Below, piece after piece: positions 43,418 through 54,982 of a stretch of 64,000 nt of DNA; within the stretch, counting starts at the first letter, position 1, and each line of letters starts with the position of its first letter. Below the pieces are notes generated by a model. That model saw only the letters and a list, made by a program, of their open reading frames with translations, searched no databases and was not told the DNA's origin. Made by a program: the position numbers and the translations under genes. The stretch comes from an uncultured virus (IMG/VR IMGVR_UViG_3300037067_013349) (taxonomy: Duplodnaviria > Heunggongvirae > Uroviricota > Caudoviricetes): IMG/VR virus record IMGVR_UViG_3300037067_013349. One strand, 5' to 3'.

Positions 43418-43458
43418 TTCGAACCCTCCAAAATCAAATATATTTTGGAGGGTTCGAA
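43418..43458 (+). promoter_or_regulatory. 17-bp hairpin sequestering the HNH gene RBS
   Basis: TTCGAACCCTCCAAAAT-caaatat-ATTTTGGAGGGTTCGAA, with ATG at 43459. Confidence 0.85.
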
Positions 43459-44040
43459 ATGATTACTGAAATTGGTGAACAGATTATCAAATTGCGTAGC
43501 GAGGGGTTATCGCTCAATAAAATCGCTACCAGATTATCATGCTCAAAATCGACGGTTTCTAAATATTGCGGTGTGTTGCACGATAATCAAGCAATTATTG
43601 TCGCAAATACTGCGGCGGTTCTATCGTACAGAATAAAGCAACAGCAGCAACGACGAAGCGTAGAGTTATTACGAAACAAAAAACCAGATGATCCGACATG
43701 GTTCAGCAATTACAAGGCACGATTGCGTGAAGCGGTTAGAGCGTTCTTGCTGTCTGCTGTCGAATCAAAATGCCAGGTTTGTGGGTATTCTAGGTGTTCG
43801 AGTAATTTAGCATTCCATCATAAAGACCAGACTACTAAAGAGTTTGGTCTAAGTGGGATGAGACTAACTTATAACCTAGATAGAATCATAAATGAGGCAA
43901 GAAAGTGCGTAGTACTGTGTCATAATTGCCATGGCGAAGCACACGCTGGCATTTTAGATATTGATGCTATCCCAGCAGTGCAATTCGAAGAAACACCAGA
44001 TAATGTGATAAGCTGGTGGATCGAAAATTGTTGCGAATAA
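43459..44040 (+). mobile_element. HTH plus HNH homing endonuclease, tRNA-adjacent
   Basis: LRSEGLSLNKIATRLSCSKSTVSKY HTH; CQVCGY...LAFHH...KCVVLCHNCHGEAH. Confidence 0.88.
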
Positions 44041-46563
44041 GATGCCCGTCAGATACTATGAGGAATATCTCTAAGACGCACTGGTATTATTGTAGCAAGC
44101 TTGGCTGTCGCCTGTATTATGTAGCTCCGCAGCATCATCAAAACAGGCCGGTCGTTAACGTGAAAGTCTGGTGCCCTGCTATTGATTCTTATATTTGGAT
44201 CTCTTTGGTCGGGATTGGGGCGGAAGGTGCCAAGGAATTTAGTTGGCTTCCCGCTTTTCCCGTCGATTTATTCCACACGCCATATAAGCTTGATCCACAT
44301 CTCTCCAAAACTTGCAATCAAAGTATGATGGATGAGTGGGAGTATTTGATTGCGTCTAAATTGATGAGAAAAGGATGGCCAGCAGAAACCCATTAACAGA
44401 TCCACGACGTGGCGACATTATCTCCGCCAACGGCCACGATATCGGCAGAGAAGTAAATCACGCCGACAGCCACAGAGTTGATTACAGCCCATGGAGAGGC
44501 GGCGGTGCTGAATACCGCCCAGACGGTGCGTGCTCACTTGAAACGTGGCGTCGATGGTGCCGCAAACACAAAGCAACAGTGGTGAAAAAGAGCAAATGAC
44601 ACAAAGCATCATTTCGACGACAAAAACGAAGTTCAAAGTATTCTTTGACCGTATTCGCACCCCTCATCGCGAAGAAGCGATGAACAGGTTGTTAGAGCGC
44701 GTCGATGAATGGCAATCGGCTGGATGTAGAACTATCTTGTCCTACAAATGGCGACATATGGCCGAACGCGGAGATTCGTCTACCATTTATGTCGAAGTAG
44801 AAATCATTTATCGCGAGACTACAACTGATGTCAGCGACGATAACGCAGGTAATTGAAGAGTTGATACAAATCCGGCAGCGTGCTGGCGATATCGAATTCG
44901 AAGCTGTGGTAAACGGTGAGATAGTCGTCGAAAATGACGGTCGGCAGTGCTTCTCTACAAACAATTTTCGTGTTGTTGCTGTATCACGCGACGGTTATCC
45001 TGTTCTACCGAGCCTAGTCGTCACACCAATTGCCAAATGACGCCAGAACAAATCAAACAGACCGCTTATTCTTATGACAGAGCACTTTGTCCTCTGTCCG
45101 ATATGAAAGAGGGCGGTACTCGTCTAGAACACACTAGATGGATGTGTAGGCAAATCGCCGACGATTTCATCATAAACGGCAAAATAGAGAAAGCAAACCG
45201 CTGGTTGGGGTTTGTTCAGGGTGTGCTTTGGGTAGAGGGAATTTTCACAATCGACCAACTGCGAGAGCATTCAAGAGGATAATGTGGACAAATTCAGTGA
45301 AGCTATCGTCAATGCAATCTCCCAAAAACTGTTGCTAGGAGATGTATCGGTTGAGAAAGCACTAGACGTCTTGATGTCGCATCTACTGGATAAGCACCAC
45401 AGCGGGATGCGTATCACCTTCTTCTTTCCTGAATACACCAGTTTGAAACCCGTTTCCGTGCGTGGTACTCCGCCACGAGTCGGCGAAAAAGTGTATTTAA
45501 GACAATTAACGCTTCCAGCTGAAGAAGAGTGCAACTATAGCAGCTGGATGGATTGGACTGTAAAACGTGTTGACTACTCAGTCACACCGAATACGAAACC
45601 GGTTGAGACGCTTCGCATGCTTACTTATGGTGAGGAACCAAATTCATATGAGGCCCAGGTAATGCTGTACAAGGGCCGTAAATGGTCGTCTGTTCGGCGG
45701 AGGTTGCATCATGAGCGCATTTGAAGAAATGAAATTCTGGTTCGCTTGCTTTTACGGCAAGAATGCGAAATTAAACCTTTTTGGGCAGGTTTTATTCACA
45801 CCGTTCATTGTGCCGTGCGGAATATTCCTATTCGTTTTCGAGTTCCTCTTCACTAAGAGATAATGCCGTCGACACTAGATATCAAAACAGAGGAATTCCA
45901 ACGCCAGCAGCTTGCTGACATTCTGGCACAGTGCACACCAAAGCAGCAAAAATTCTTTAATGAGAGAGTCTTCCCAGGCGGAGTGCCCAGAGATAGCCTT
46001 GTGATGGCGTACGATTTGTGTGAGAGGACACTGAAAAAGAATGAAAGAGTCGGCCATGAATAGACGTATTTTTCTAAGTTTTTGTTCGTTGTTGGCTGCA
46101 CCATCGAGCCTGTTGGGGAAGTTGTGCGGAAAAGAAGAGAAGATTCGCGTCCTACCAGATGTACGCACTCCTAGGTCTGATTTGCGCACTGTCGAACCCA
46201 TACGATGGTTCGAATGCCGTGGTATGGCCACTGAGCCAATGACTGATTGGTTTGCACCTGCCGGATTAGATCGCGAAACGCCACACTTGCGAGCACTAGT
46301 TATACCAGGATTCTCAATGAAGGACCTGGTTCCTGGCGACCTGTTCAGATTGCGTGAACCGGACGGAACATTAGTTGCTGGTGGAGAAATATTTAGGGCA
46401 GTCGGTAAGCCTTTTTGTATTGAAGGTGTCTGGGGCATTGGAGCTGAGTCTTGCGAGGAATACACCAGCCATTTTGTCGCAGAGAACGGCCAACCGATGT
46501 CTGAAGGGCAGTACCGATTAATGAAGTCACCGATGCTGGTTCTAACAAAAAATGAGGCGTCGA

Positions 46564-46833
46564 ATGGCGAAAAAGAAAAAGCCGTCCGGTAGAGGCAAAC
46601 TATCGACAGGTTCATTTGCTGACTTTAAACAGGAATTCTCATACGACACTGATTCCATTCTGTTTCTTGCAGCACTACAACAATATATAAGAGTTGATAT
46701 TGAAGAGCTTGCCCTTGAAATGGCTGGTGAGAATAAACTCTGTATTCCAAGATCGACTATAGAAAAAGCAGCAAGACAATTAGGGCTCGGCAAATGGCTT
46801 GATAAGTGGCCTGAGGAGAAATCAAATGACTGA
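46564..46833 (+). CDS. Hypothetical protein with Lys-rich tail, possible histone fold
   Basis: GAGG RBS; helix pattern resembles a histone fold (see findings). Confidence 0.4.
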   Translation: MAKKKKPSGRGKLSTGSFADFKQEFSYDTDSILFLAALQQYIRVDIEELALEMAGENKLCIPRSTIEKAARQLGLGKWLDKWPEEKSND

Positions 46834-47178
46834 TTCCAACTTTGACGAATATAGTAAATTGGTTAATGAGTTATTAGATCGCGGCATCAAAGTTGGTGAT
46901 GTTCTCGAATGTGAAGGTGGCCGTGTTTTAGAGCACAACCAACTTAAAGCACCCGTTCTCAAAGTTCAACTGTGGTCTATAATCGACGGCACAGGACCTA
47001 GATGGTTCGTGCGGCAGGTAGGGTTCTATCGCGGCACCACAGCTTTCGTTCCTGACCTTTCAATTGATTATGATGTGCCGCCTGGAACTCGTTTTGAAGT
47101 GGTTAAGGTTTCTCGAATGAGCGTTGTATTGAAAATGGTTGATAATAAGCCATTGTTCCCATATAAGGGCGAGATGTA

Positions 47179-48048
47179 GTGGCGAACGCCATAGTTGCAT
47201 CAATAATTGGCAAAGACGAAGAAGACAATCTGAGCCGCTGTATCAAATCGGTTAGATCGGTGGTATGTTCTGTCGTATATGCTGACACAGGTAGCACAGA
47301 TTCCTCAATCCATATTGCTAAGTCATTAGGGTGTCAGATACGGCAAATACCATTCGAGGACTTTGCGCAAGCTCGCAACGCTGCAAAAGAAGGACTTACT
47401 TGCGATTGGATTCTGCAGATAGATGCCGATGAAGTCCTTATCAACCCAGAAATCATAACTTCTCTTTGTGAATCGACATATTACGAAGCCTATGTCATTG
47501 CACAAGAGCACCTAATTCTCGGTGGAAATAAAAGTGCTATGGGAATGCGGCTTTTCAGAAATAGGCCGCATTATCAATATGTCGGATGCATCCACGAGAT
47601 GCCGGAAGACTTGCAAGCACCGGGGCCAGATAAAGCTATTTCTCCGTATAAGCTGGCTGAAAACGTATGCCTTGCTCATTTTGGATGCATTGACGAGAGA
47701 CTGCGGCGACAAAAAGTATCAGACCGTAACCTGCAACTTCTCATAAAAGACTTGCAAGTCAACCCTGACAGGTCATATAACAAATATTTGGCGATACGCG
47801 ACTATCTCAACATATACAAATGGCGTACGGCCGCTAATGGTTTTAGGTGCAAATTCGGTTCAGTGGAGCATATGCTGCTCTGCGCTGTCATGAGAGATTA
47901 TGAGAAATTTAAAGACAGTTTGCTCGTACGATATCATGATTTAGCTGCTGAAGTATGTGAAACGGCTAAATCAGTTTTGTCGCAACAAAGTTATCAATGC
48001 GTTGAAGTCAATCTCAGTCCAATTGAACTATTGTCGTTGGGGTTATAA
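47179..48048 (+). CDS. Glycosyltransferase family 2
   Basis: KDEEDNL, DTGSTD, DFAQARN, WILQIDADE, RLFRN, IHE. Confidence 0.9.
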   Translation: MANAIVASIIGKDEEDNLSRCIKSVRSVVCSVVYADTGSTDSSIHIAKSLGCQIRQIPFEDFAQARNAAKEGLTCDWILQIDADEVLINPEIITSLCESTYYEAYVIAQEHLILGGNKSAMGMRLFRNRPHYQYVGCIHEMPEDLQAPGPDKAISPYKLAENVCLAHFGCIDERLRRQKVSDRNLQLLIKDLQVNPDRSYNKYLAIRDYLNIYKWRTAANGFRCKFGSVEHMLLCAVMRDYEKFKDSLLVRYHDLAAEVCETAKSVLSQQSYQCVEVNLSPIELLSLGL

Positions 48049-48709
48049 TGCCGATTCCGAAAGTCATATGTAGTATTTGTGGTGAAGAGGTCAACAAGGC
48101 ACAAACACTGCACATAGGTGGCGGGAAAAGAGCATGTAAATCACATGAAGGGACATTAGAAGCAAGCAGGGCTGAGCTAGAAAAAGCCCGACAAAAGAAG
48201 CAAACAGAGGCAGAAGCAGCAAAGAAAAAGAAGGAAAAGAAGGAAGCCGTAGAAGCTCCGCCAGATTTTCAGCCAGAGTGCATGATTTGCAGATGTAAGG
48301 GGCTAAGACAAGAAGATTGGTACACTCGCCTGATAATAGAAATGAAGAAACATGAGATTACCCATGGTAATCCAATTCACATGTTTTCTCCAGACATTCA
48401 AAAAATAAATGCTCTTGTCGGTGTTTCTTGCCTATACTATGTTATATGGCGAGGCAGCAATACGAAAATCAAGATTCCATATCGAACCTATCAGGCTGTT
48501 CTTACACAACAATCATTGGGTTTTGATGAGCCTGTCTTATTAATATGTCAAGACTGTGTGTTGAAGAAGAAATTCACCACTTATGCTCAAGAGAGAATGG
48601 TTGAGCTAATGGAGAACGATTTATTCCTCCAAGCTGTGGCCGGATTAAGCAAGATAATGTCTCCTGAATTCAAAAAGATAGCAATACGCGAGATAGCAGA
48701 GAGCAACTG

Positions 48710-49456
48710 ATGAGAATTAAATCAGACTTTCATGACTATTACGATTGTGCGCAGGCGTATGGACAAGACCAAGATCTTGTCTATGTGCGTAAGAAAATTG
48801 ATTATCCACTCGCCGCAGAGCTAGGAACAAAAAGAATATCGATACCGCTACCATCGACCGACCGCTATTCTGGTTATACGAGACCCGGAGATCTGCCGAC
48901 CTCGATGAGGTTTTTTGTTATTGGAGTTGCTGGCAAGATATATCCAGTATTCCAGCTTATCTGGCAGTATGCATATGATCACAAAGCTTATGAGGCTTTT
49001 TGCTATAGTTTAGATGATATTGACAAAGTAATCGGGAGGAAGTGTAATAAAAATGCAAAAAATGCATTCAACGAAAAAGTTATAAGTCACGGCAGAAGAT
49101 ATCGGAACAGACACTGGTCCTCTACAGCATTAAGAAGGGCCAAGTTTGAAGATTTCTTTTTCGAGTGGAATAGTGAAGATCAAGCAGCAAAGGTTCAAGC
49201 GCTATTTCGGCAATATCCGATATGGGCTATAGAATCGCGCCGTGGCGAGTGGTACGTCTGTTATAATTGCTCCTTGAGGAGCTTTAAATTTTTCAAAGTA
49301 AAGGATACGGTTACTACTTATCAAGAGATAGCTATGTTTTTAGGAGGATTGGCAACGCCGCAGAAACCGATTCCAGTACCATCTGATAGGGATATGGTCA
49401 GTATTAAAGGATTTGACAAATTTAGCTTCCGCAAAGAGCCAAGTAAGAAGAAATGA
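48710..49456 (+). CDS. Conserved-looking phage hypothetical protein
   Basis: MRIKSDFHDYYD N-terminus; YQEIAMFLG...GFDKFSFRK C-terminus. Confidence 0.6.
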   Translation: MRIKSDFHDYYDCAQAYGQDQDLVYVRKKIDYPLAAELGTKRISIPLPSTDRYSGYTRPGDLPTSMRFFVIGVAGKIYPVFQLIWQYAYDHKAYEAFCYSLDDIDKVIGRKCNKNAKNAFNEKVISHGRRYRNRHWSSTALRRAKFEDFFFEWNSEDQAAKVQALFRQYPIWAIESRRGEWYVCYNCSLRSFKFFKVKDTVTTYQEIAMFLGGLATPQKPIPVPSDRDMVSIKGFDKFSFRKEPSKKK

Positions 49457-50256
49457 CCTATATTACCAGTAATTCCAATATCACGGAGGACTCTTTACCA
49501 ATTGCGTTATTTCTATATTCTATAAGAGATGACGTTGAAAAGCATGATTGGAATGAAGAAGGCACGTGGAGATTTATTAGTGGTGTAGACAAGCGTCACC
49601 AAATACAAACCACAACTTGTAAATTTATCGATGCTGTGGCAGCTTTCTTACTTGGCGAAGTTAGTGACTATTTCGACGATTGGACCGACCAAACGCTTGG
49701 GCAAGTGGCAAATTGTGGCAATGGCAAAATAGTGAAGGTTGTCGATACGAAGGTTAAGTGCAGGTCAGGTTTAGTACCGCCTTTGACCCCGATATCAAAA
49801 GACGAATTAAATATACTTGCTGCTAATGGCTTTCATGCTATTGGCATTTAATTATGGAAGACATAGGCCGAATCAACGATTATCGATGTAAAGCATGTGG
49901 CAGATCAACTATCACAATTAATCTAAACGTCGGCACGACACCGTTTATGATTAAATGTCCACATTGCAGTGCTATAGAGGCATCGAGTTGTTTTTATCAT
50001 ATAGATCGGGTTGCGACACGAATCGAAGTCACACATTGTTGGTATAGACCTACTAAAGACTACCTACGCAGGCACCCAGGATTAAAAGAACATATACTTA
50101 ACGGTGGCTTAATAATGGCCCCGATTGGTACTGTTCCAATTGCGCCTGATAATGTGAAGGTCGATTGGAAATTCGAACAGTGGCATAAATTCGCGCGAGC
50201 GACTTATGACGATAACCCTATGCTAACAGATATTATTGAGGAGATAAAGAAAGACG

Positions 50257-51309
50257 ATGAATCTAGATCAGTTAGCGAAGATACTTGAATCAGCAAAACT
50301 TCCGCAAGACTTATTCGGCGAAGACCCGGATCAGACTTATCGCGATTGGGCCAAAATTTGCCATCCGGATCGCTTTGCTTCCAGCCCGGACGAGACCAAA
50401 GAAAGGGCTAAACAAGTCTTCACTCTACTAGAAGAACGATTCAGCGATTCCAAAAAGAAGCCAGAAATTTGGACTCCAACCGACGCATGCATGGCACACG
50501 GCGTCGGCTCTCCTCATGAATATCATATCGGGCCACAATTAGGAAGTGGTGAAATCTCAAAAGTCCTTTTTGCTGTACGAAAAAGCAATAGTGATTTGGA
50601 TTCCGTTGTTCTTAAGATTGCACACGTAGAAGAAGCCAATGGCTATCTTGAAAAAGAAGCCAAAATACTCGCCGACATACGCTCCCAAGCTGGCGACAGG
50701 AAGTACGGAGAATATTTTCCAAAACCAATTGAATCATTTAAGCATGATAGCTTATTTGTCGCGGTTCAACAATACTACGATGGCTTTTATTCTCTCAGCG
50801 AAATCATAGCCAAACATCCAAATGGCCTCGGTAAAAACCACGGAAGACATTTGGCGTGGATGTTTAAGCGTATATTGACCGCTCTTGGGTTCGCCCACAG
50901 CTGTAATTACATACACTGTGCCCCTATCCCACCGCATCTACTATTCCATGTTGGGCGCGATGAAAACCATGGGTGCAAGCTGCTTAGCTGGGCAAATGCA
51001 CTGCGATCAGAGCAGAAGCTCGCTGTGGTTCCATTAAAGTATAAACCATGGTATCCGAAAAAAGAGATATCAAAACAATATCCAGCAACACCAAGTTTAG
51101 ATATTTTCTTGGCAGCCAAATCTATGCTCGAATTTGTCAAAACTGACAAATCTGGATCTGTTCCAGCTCCATTACAGTCTTTTCTTGAATCTTGCGTTGT
51201 ACAGAACCCTGTTACAAGACCACAAGACGCCTGGAAACTATTGGACGAGTGGAGCCAACTGCTTAAGAGAGTTTTTGGTCCGCCGTTATTCGTTCGCGTT
51301 GATATGTAA
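50257..51309 (+). CDS. J-domain plus degenerate Ser/Thr kinase-fold protein
   Basis: YRDWAKICHPDRF (HPD); LGSGEISKV, VVLKIA, alphaC Glu; HRD replaced by HCA and DFG by SWA. Confidence 0.8.
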   Translation: MNLDQLAKILESAKLPQDLFGEDPDQTYRDWAKICHPDRFASSPDETKERAKQVFTLLEERFSDSKKKPEIWTPTDACMAHGVGSPHEYHIGPQLGSGEISKVLFAVRKSNSDLDSVVLKIAHVEEANGYLEKEAKILADIRSQAGDRKYGEYFPKPIESFKHDSLFVAVQQYYDGFYSLSEIIAKHPNGLGKNHGRHLAWMFKRILTALGFAHSCNYIHCAPIPPHLLFHVGRDENHGCKLLSWANALRSEQKLAVVPLKYKPWYPKKEISKQYPATPSLDIFLAAKSMLEFVKTDKSGSVPAPLQSFLESCVVQNPVTRPQDAWKLLDEWSQLLKRVFGPPLFVRVDM

Positions 51310-51341
51310 CTATCGTTTCATTAACCAAAGGAGTTTCAATT

Positions 51342-52331
51342 ATGGGTGGCACTAATTGGTCCGACGACCATTACAAGGAACGTGCCTCAGTCCGTGCGGC
51401 CACCGGTAAAGCAGCATTCGCATATAGTGATACAATGCGAGCAGCACCGGCGCATGAGCGCAAGGTTCATGACACACTGAATCCATTCGGTGTGAAGTTT
51501 CGCGAAAGCCGCGACAGTGACGCTCATCCAGAGAGCCTCGCCATCGCAGTCATGTTCGACGAAACAGGTTCAATGGGTTCAATCCCAAGGCACTTTCAAG
51601 CAGCATTGCCTCAGTTGATGGGCTTGTTGATGCGGAAGGGTGTTGTAGAGCATCCGCAAGTGCTTTTTGGTGCTTTCGGCGATGCAACGCCGGATCGACA
51701 CCAAAACGAAGTAGCTCCACTACAAGTTGGGCAATTCGAGTCCGGCATCGAGATGGAGGACTGGCTAACCAACATCTATCTCGAAGGCCAAGGCGGCGGT
51801 CAGAACACAGAAAGTTATGAGCTAGCCATGTACTTCATGGCTCGCCATACATCGCTTGATTGCTACGAAAAGCGAAACAAACGTGGCTATCTGTTCCTCA
51901 CCGGCGACGAACTTTACTATCCAGCCGTAAAGGCAGAGGAGGTCAAGCGGATCATCGGTGACACGATGCAAGAGGACATCCCGACCGAAGACATCATGAG
52001 CGAGTTGCAACTCATGTATGATGTCTATTTCCTCATACCGAGTGGCACCAGCCATTACAGCGCCGATTGGCTGATTGATGGTTGGCAGAAGCTTTTGGGC
52101 CAGCAGGTCATACGGCTCGATGACCCAGACGCCATTAGTGAAGTCGTGGCTAGCACAATCAGTCTTGCCGAAGGCTACAACATCGACATCATCAACAAAA
52201 ACCTTGAAGAAGCCGGTGTTTCGGCAGAGCGGCGTGGTTCTATCACGAAAGCGTTAGTCCCGCTGGCTGATACTGCCGGTCGCAAAATCGTCAAAGGCTC
52301 CGTCGCTGGTACTGGGCTAGCGAAGGTATAA
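51342..52331 (+). CDS. VWA (von Willebrand A) domain protein
   Basis: MIDAS-like FDETGSMG, GAFGD, LQVGQFES, GGGQNTESY, TGDE; AGGAG RBS. Confidence 0.85.
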   Translation: MGGTNWSDDHYKERASVRAATGKAAFAYSDTMRAAPAHERKVHDTLNPFGVKFRESRDSDAHPESLAIAVMFDETGSMGSIPRHFQAALPQLMGLLMRKGVVEHPQVLFGAFGDATPDRHQNEVAPLQVGQFESGIEMEDWLTNIYLEGQGGGQNTESYELAMYFMARHTSLDCYEKRNKRGYLFLTGDELYYPAVKAEEVKRIIGDTMQEDIPTEDIMSELQLMYDVYFLIPSGTSHYSADWLIDGWQKLLGQQVIRLDDPDAISEVVASTISLAEGYNIDIINKNLEEAGVSAERRGSITKALVPLADTAGRKIVKGSVAGTGLAKV

Positions 52332-52341
52332 AGTAGCAAAA

Positions 52342-52399
52342 GGCTCGCAGCAGGGTACCCAAGGGTCTTGGCTCTTGCCTGCTGCGAGCCCGCTTTTTA
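52342..52399 (+). terminator. Hairpin plus T-run between the VWA and PurA-like genes
   Basis: GGCTCGCAGCAGG...CCTGCTGCGAGCC followed by CGCTTTTTA. Confidence 0.6.
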
Positions 52400-52410
52400 T
52401 TGAGAGTACT

Positions 52411-53604
52411 ATGAAACGAGCTATCGTTGTGGTTGGTCTCGGATATGGCGATTGTTGTAAGGGCGCTACAGTCGATTATTTGGTAAGAAGGCTAAATGCC
52501 GATTTGGTGGTCCGTTATTGTGGCGGCTGCCAAGCGGCACATAATGTTCATCTACCAGATGGGACATGTCACACCTTTAGTCAGTTTGGCTCTGGCACTT
52601 TCTTCGGTGTCCCGACATATTTAGGTCCGGACATGATTATTTCGCCCATATTCATGGCGAACGAAGCAGCACACTTGGAATCATTACATATAAAACCATA
52701 TGAGCTTTTATATGTAGACAAAGATTGCATAATAACAACACATTATCATGTCATATTAAATCGATACCGTGAAACACAAATGGGCGATAGACGCCACGGA
52801 TCTTGCGGTTTGGGTATTGGTACTGCTCGTGAATTTTCACTACGATATCCCAGTTATACATTAAGAATGGGAGATATTCCGAATCGTTCCGCTTCAATTC
52901 GAAAATTGGAGAAGATACAAAGATGGGTCCAACAAGTAGCAGGAGTGGGTGTTGTTGATCATATAAATCCTGACGACGTTTATAAACATTTGTCGGAAAA
53001 GTCAGAGAAAATATGCACTGTTGATGAAATGCCCAACTTCGACATGGCTGTTTTTGAAGGCTCGCAAGGTATATTATTAGATGAGAATTATGGGCATGCA
53101 CCATACGTCACATGGTCAACCGTCACCTTAAAGCATGCAGGGGAATTATTGCATAAATGCTTGCAAAATATAGAAGTCAGTACTATGGGCTGCATTAGAC
53201 CATATTTTACCAGACACGGCGCAGGACCATTGTTATATCAACGGCCAGCAATGTTAGATAATTTTCCTAACAAAGATCGAGAGAACACACACAACGAATG
53301 GCAGGGGACAATGAGGTATGGTCTACTCGATTTCAACACATTATCCTATGCCAAAGCGGTTCTCGGCGGTGAATTGCATGGTATTTCATTGAGTTGTGCA
53401 GATCATATTGGTGATGGGATCGACGTTTTCGACATAGAGGAAGAAACTGTTACGCAAGAAAAGCTGATTGAAAAGATCGAAAGGGTTTTGGCACCAGTAT
53501 CTATTATAGGAACAGGACCATGCCACATTGACCGCCGCTTGATCATTAACCGTCGCATGATGACCGACCTTACATGGCGTCCTTTGGAGGAGGCAATAAA
53601 ATAA
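52411..53604 (+). CDS. Divergent adenylosuccinate synthetase (PurA-like, Asp-type)
   Basis: GLGYGDCCKG, RYCGGCQAAHNV, HGSCGLGIG, FEGSQGILLD, YFTRHGAGP, NEWQGTMRYG. Confidence 0.85.
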   Translation: MKRAIVVVGLGYGDCCKGATVDYLVRRLNADLVVRYCGGCQAAHNVHLPDGTCHTFSQFGSGTFFGVPTYLGPDMIISPIFMANEAAHLESLHIKPYELLYVDKDCIITTHYHVILNRYRETQMGDRRHGSCGLGIGTAREFSLRYPSYTLRMGDIPNRSASIRKLEKIQRWVQQVAGVGVVDHINPDDVYKHLSEKSEKICTVDEMPNFDMAVFEGSQGILLDENYGHAPYVTWSTVTLKHAGELLHKCLQNIEVSTMGCIRPYFTRHGAGPLLYQRPAMLDNFPNKDRENTHNEWQGTMRYGLLDFNTLSYAKAVLGGELHGISLSCADHIGDGIDVFDIEEETVTQEKLIEKIERVLAPVSIIGTGPCHIDRRLIINRRMMTDLTWRPLEEAIK

Positions 53605-54982
53605 TGTCACAAGAAACACGATCTGACTTGGCTCGTGCTAGGGATATATGGCTTGCATCAGATGAAGGCAATCGGTGTTGTGAAGGAGCTGTTGAAGGCA
53701 TTTACCTTCGTAACAGAATTGAATGTGCTTTTTTGGCCGGAGCTAGAATAGCAGAAGATCGGATAAATGAGAAGGTAGCAACTATGAAGAAGCAGATGTT
53801 AGAATTAATCAACTCAATATCAGATTAATATGCAATCAAGTAGATTGATAGAAAAGGCTAAAGCATTAGCCGACTCTGCAGAAACATGGGCCGACCTGTC
53901 CAATGCCCTATTTAATCCAATTTATGGTCTAATCACAACTACTTATCAGACCAAAGAGGAACGATCTGCTTTTCGCTCAACCGATGAATATCGATTTATC
54001 AGACAGCTGCTCAATGATACTATAGATAGAACTGGATTGATCGAAGGCGCTACACCAAAGGTCTATAAATGAGACTAAGAACAGCTATCAAAATACAACG
54101 ATTCTATGAAGAGCCGATAGATCGCAAAGGGCGTATTCGACATAAAGGGATACGCTTGCCATATAATGCCAGCCAATACGAAAAATCACGTATCATATGT
54201 AAGCGTCATTGGACAGATCGTCGGGTTCCTTATATTCCGTCTGATGACGAACTTAACAATCGCGCGGAAATACAAATGTGCATATTCGCCGATGCTTTCA
54301 TTGAAGACGAAAATGAACGAGATGCTTTCAAAGAAATGGCATTATTAGAATTATCTAAGTGTTCTAGCTGATATGGATGACCGTCCTTTACACAACCCGC
54401 GCCCAGGAGACATAGTAGAGGCTGTGATCGATGGACAACATGTGGTTTGTCTGGTCACTATGGTCATCACAGAAAATATTGAGTCTATAATATATGACAC
54501 GTTTACAGATGGAAGACTGTCTCCTCATTGCAAAACTTCTATATTCCGATGGCAAGAGTGGTGTCGTACTCACGGTGCCACTGTTAAACATAGTTAATCT
54601 GGTGAATATTTCGTGCTATAATTCTGTAACGCACCATATCAGAGTTAGATTATGAAAAACAAATTCTTAGTTACCGTGATTACTGGTGATAGTTTGACAT
54701 CGCGGTTTATGCAAGGCGCTGATGTGTTCGAGCATTTCAAGGTCTTCGCAAACATCTATGAGCTTGGTATTGTACTGAAACCTGACGTTTCAAAATCTAA
54801 GGCCCTGGGCGAAATACGAACTTTGCTCGAACGAAACGGGCAGAGGGTGGTCGCTATCTTTATGCCTAACGAACCTGATGGTGCTTGGCGCGACAAAAGC
54901 GTTAAAGTAGTGAGCGACGGGTACAAATGGTTTATGCTTGAAAAATACCTAGAGGAAGCCGGTTTTATTGAGGAGCAAGCCG

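Larger units (their letters stand above)
36757..50288 (+). other. Dense co-directional array of small hypothetical ORFs (phage accessory/early region)
   Basis: Dozens of abutting or overlapping ORFs of 55-250 aa on the + strand, many with CxxC motifs. Confidence 0.75.

Noticed and set aside
45875..46615. 246-aa minus-strand ORF
   Set aside because: Antisense to a continuous + strand gene array, with no recognisable motifs
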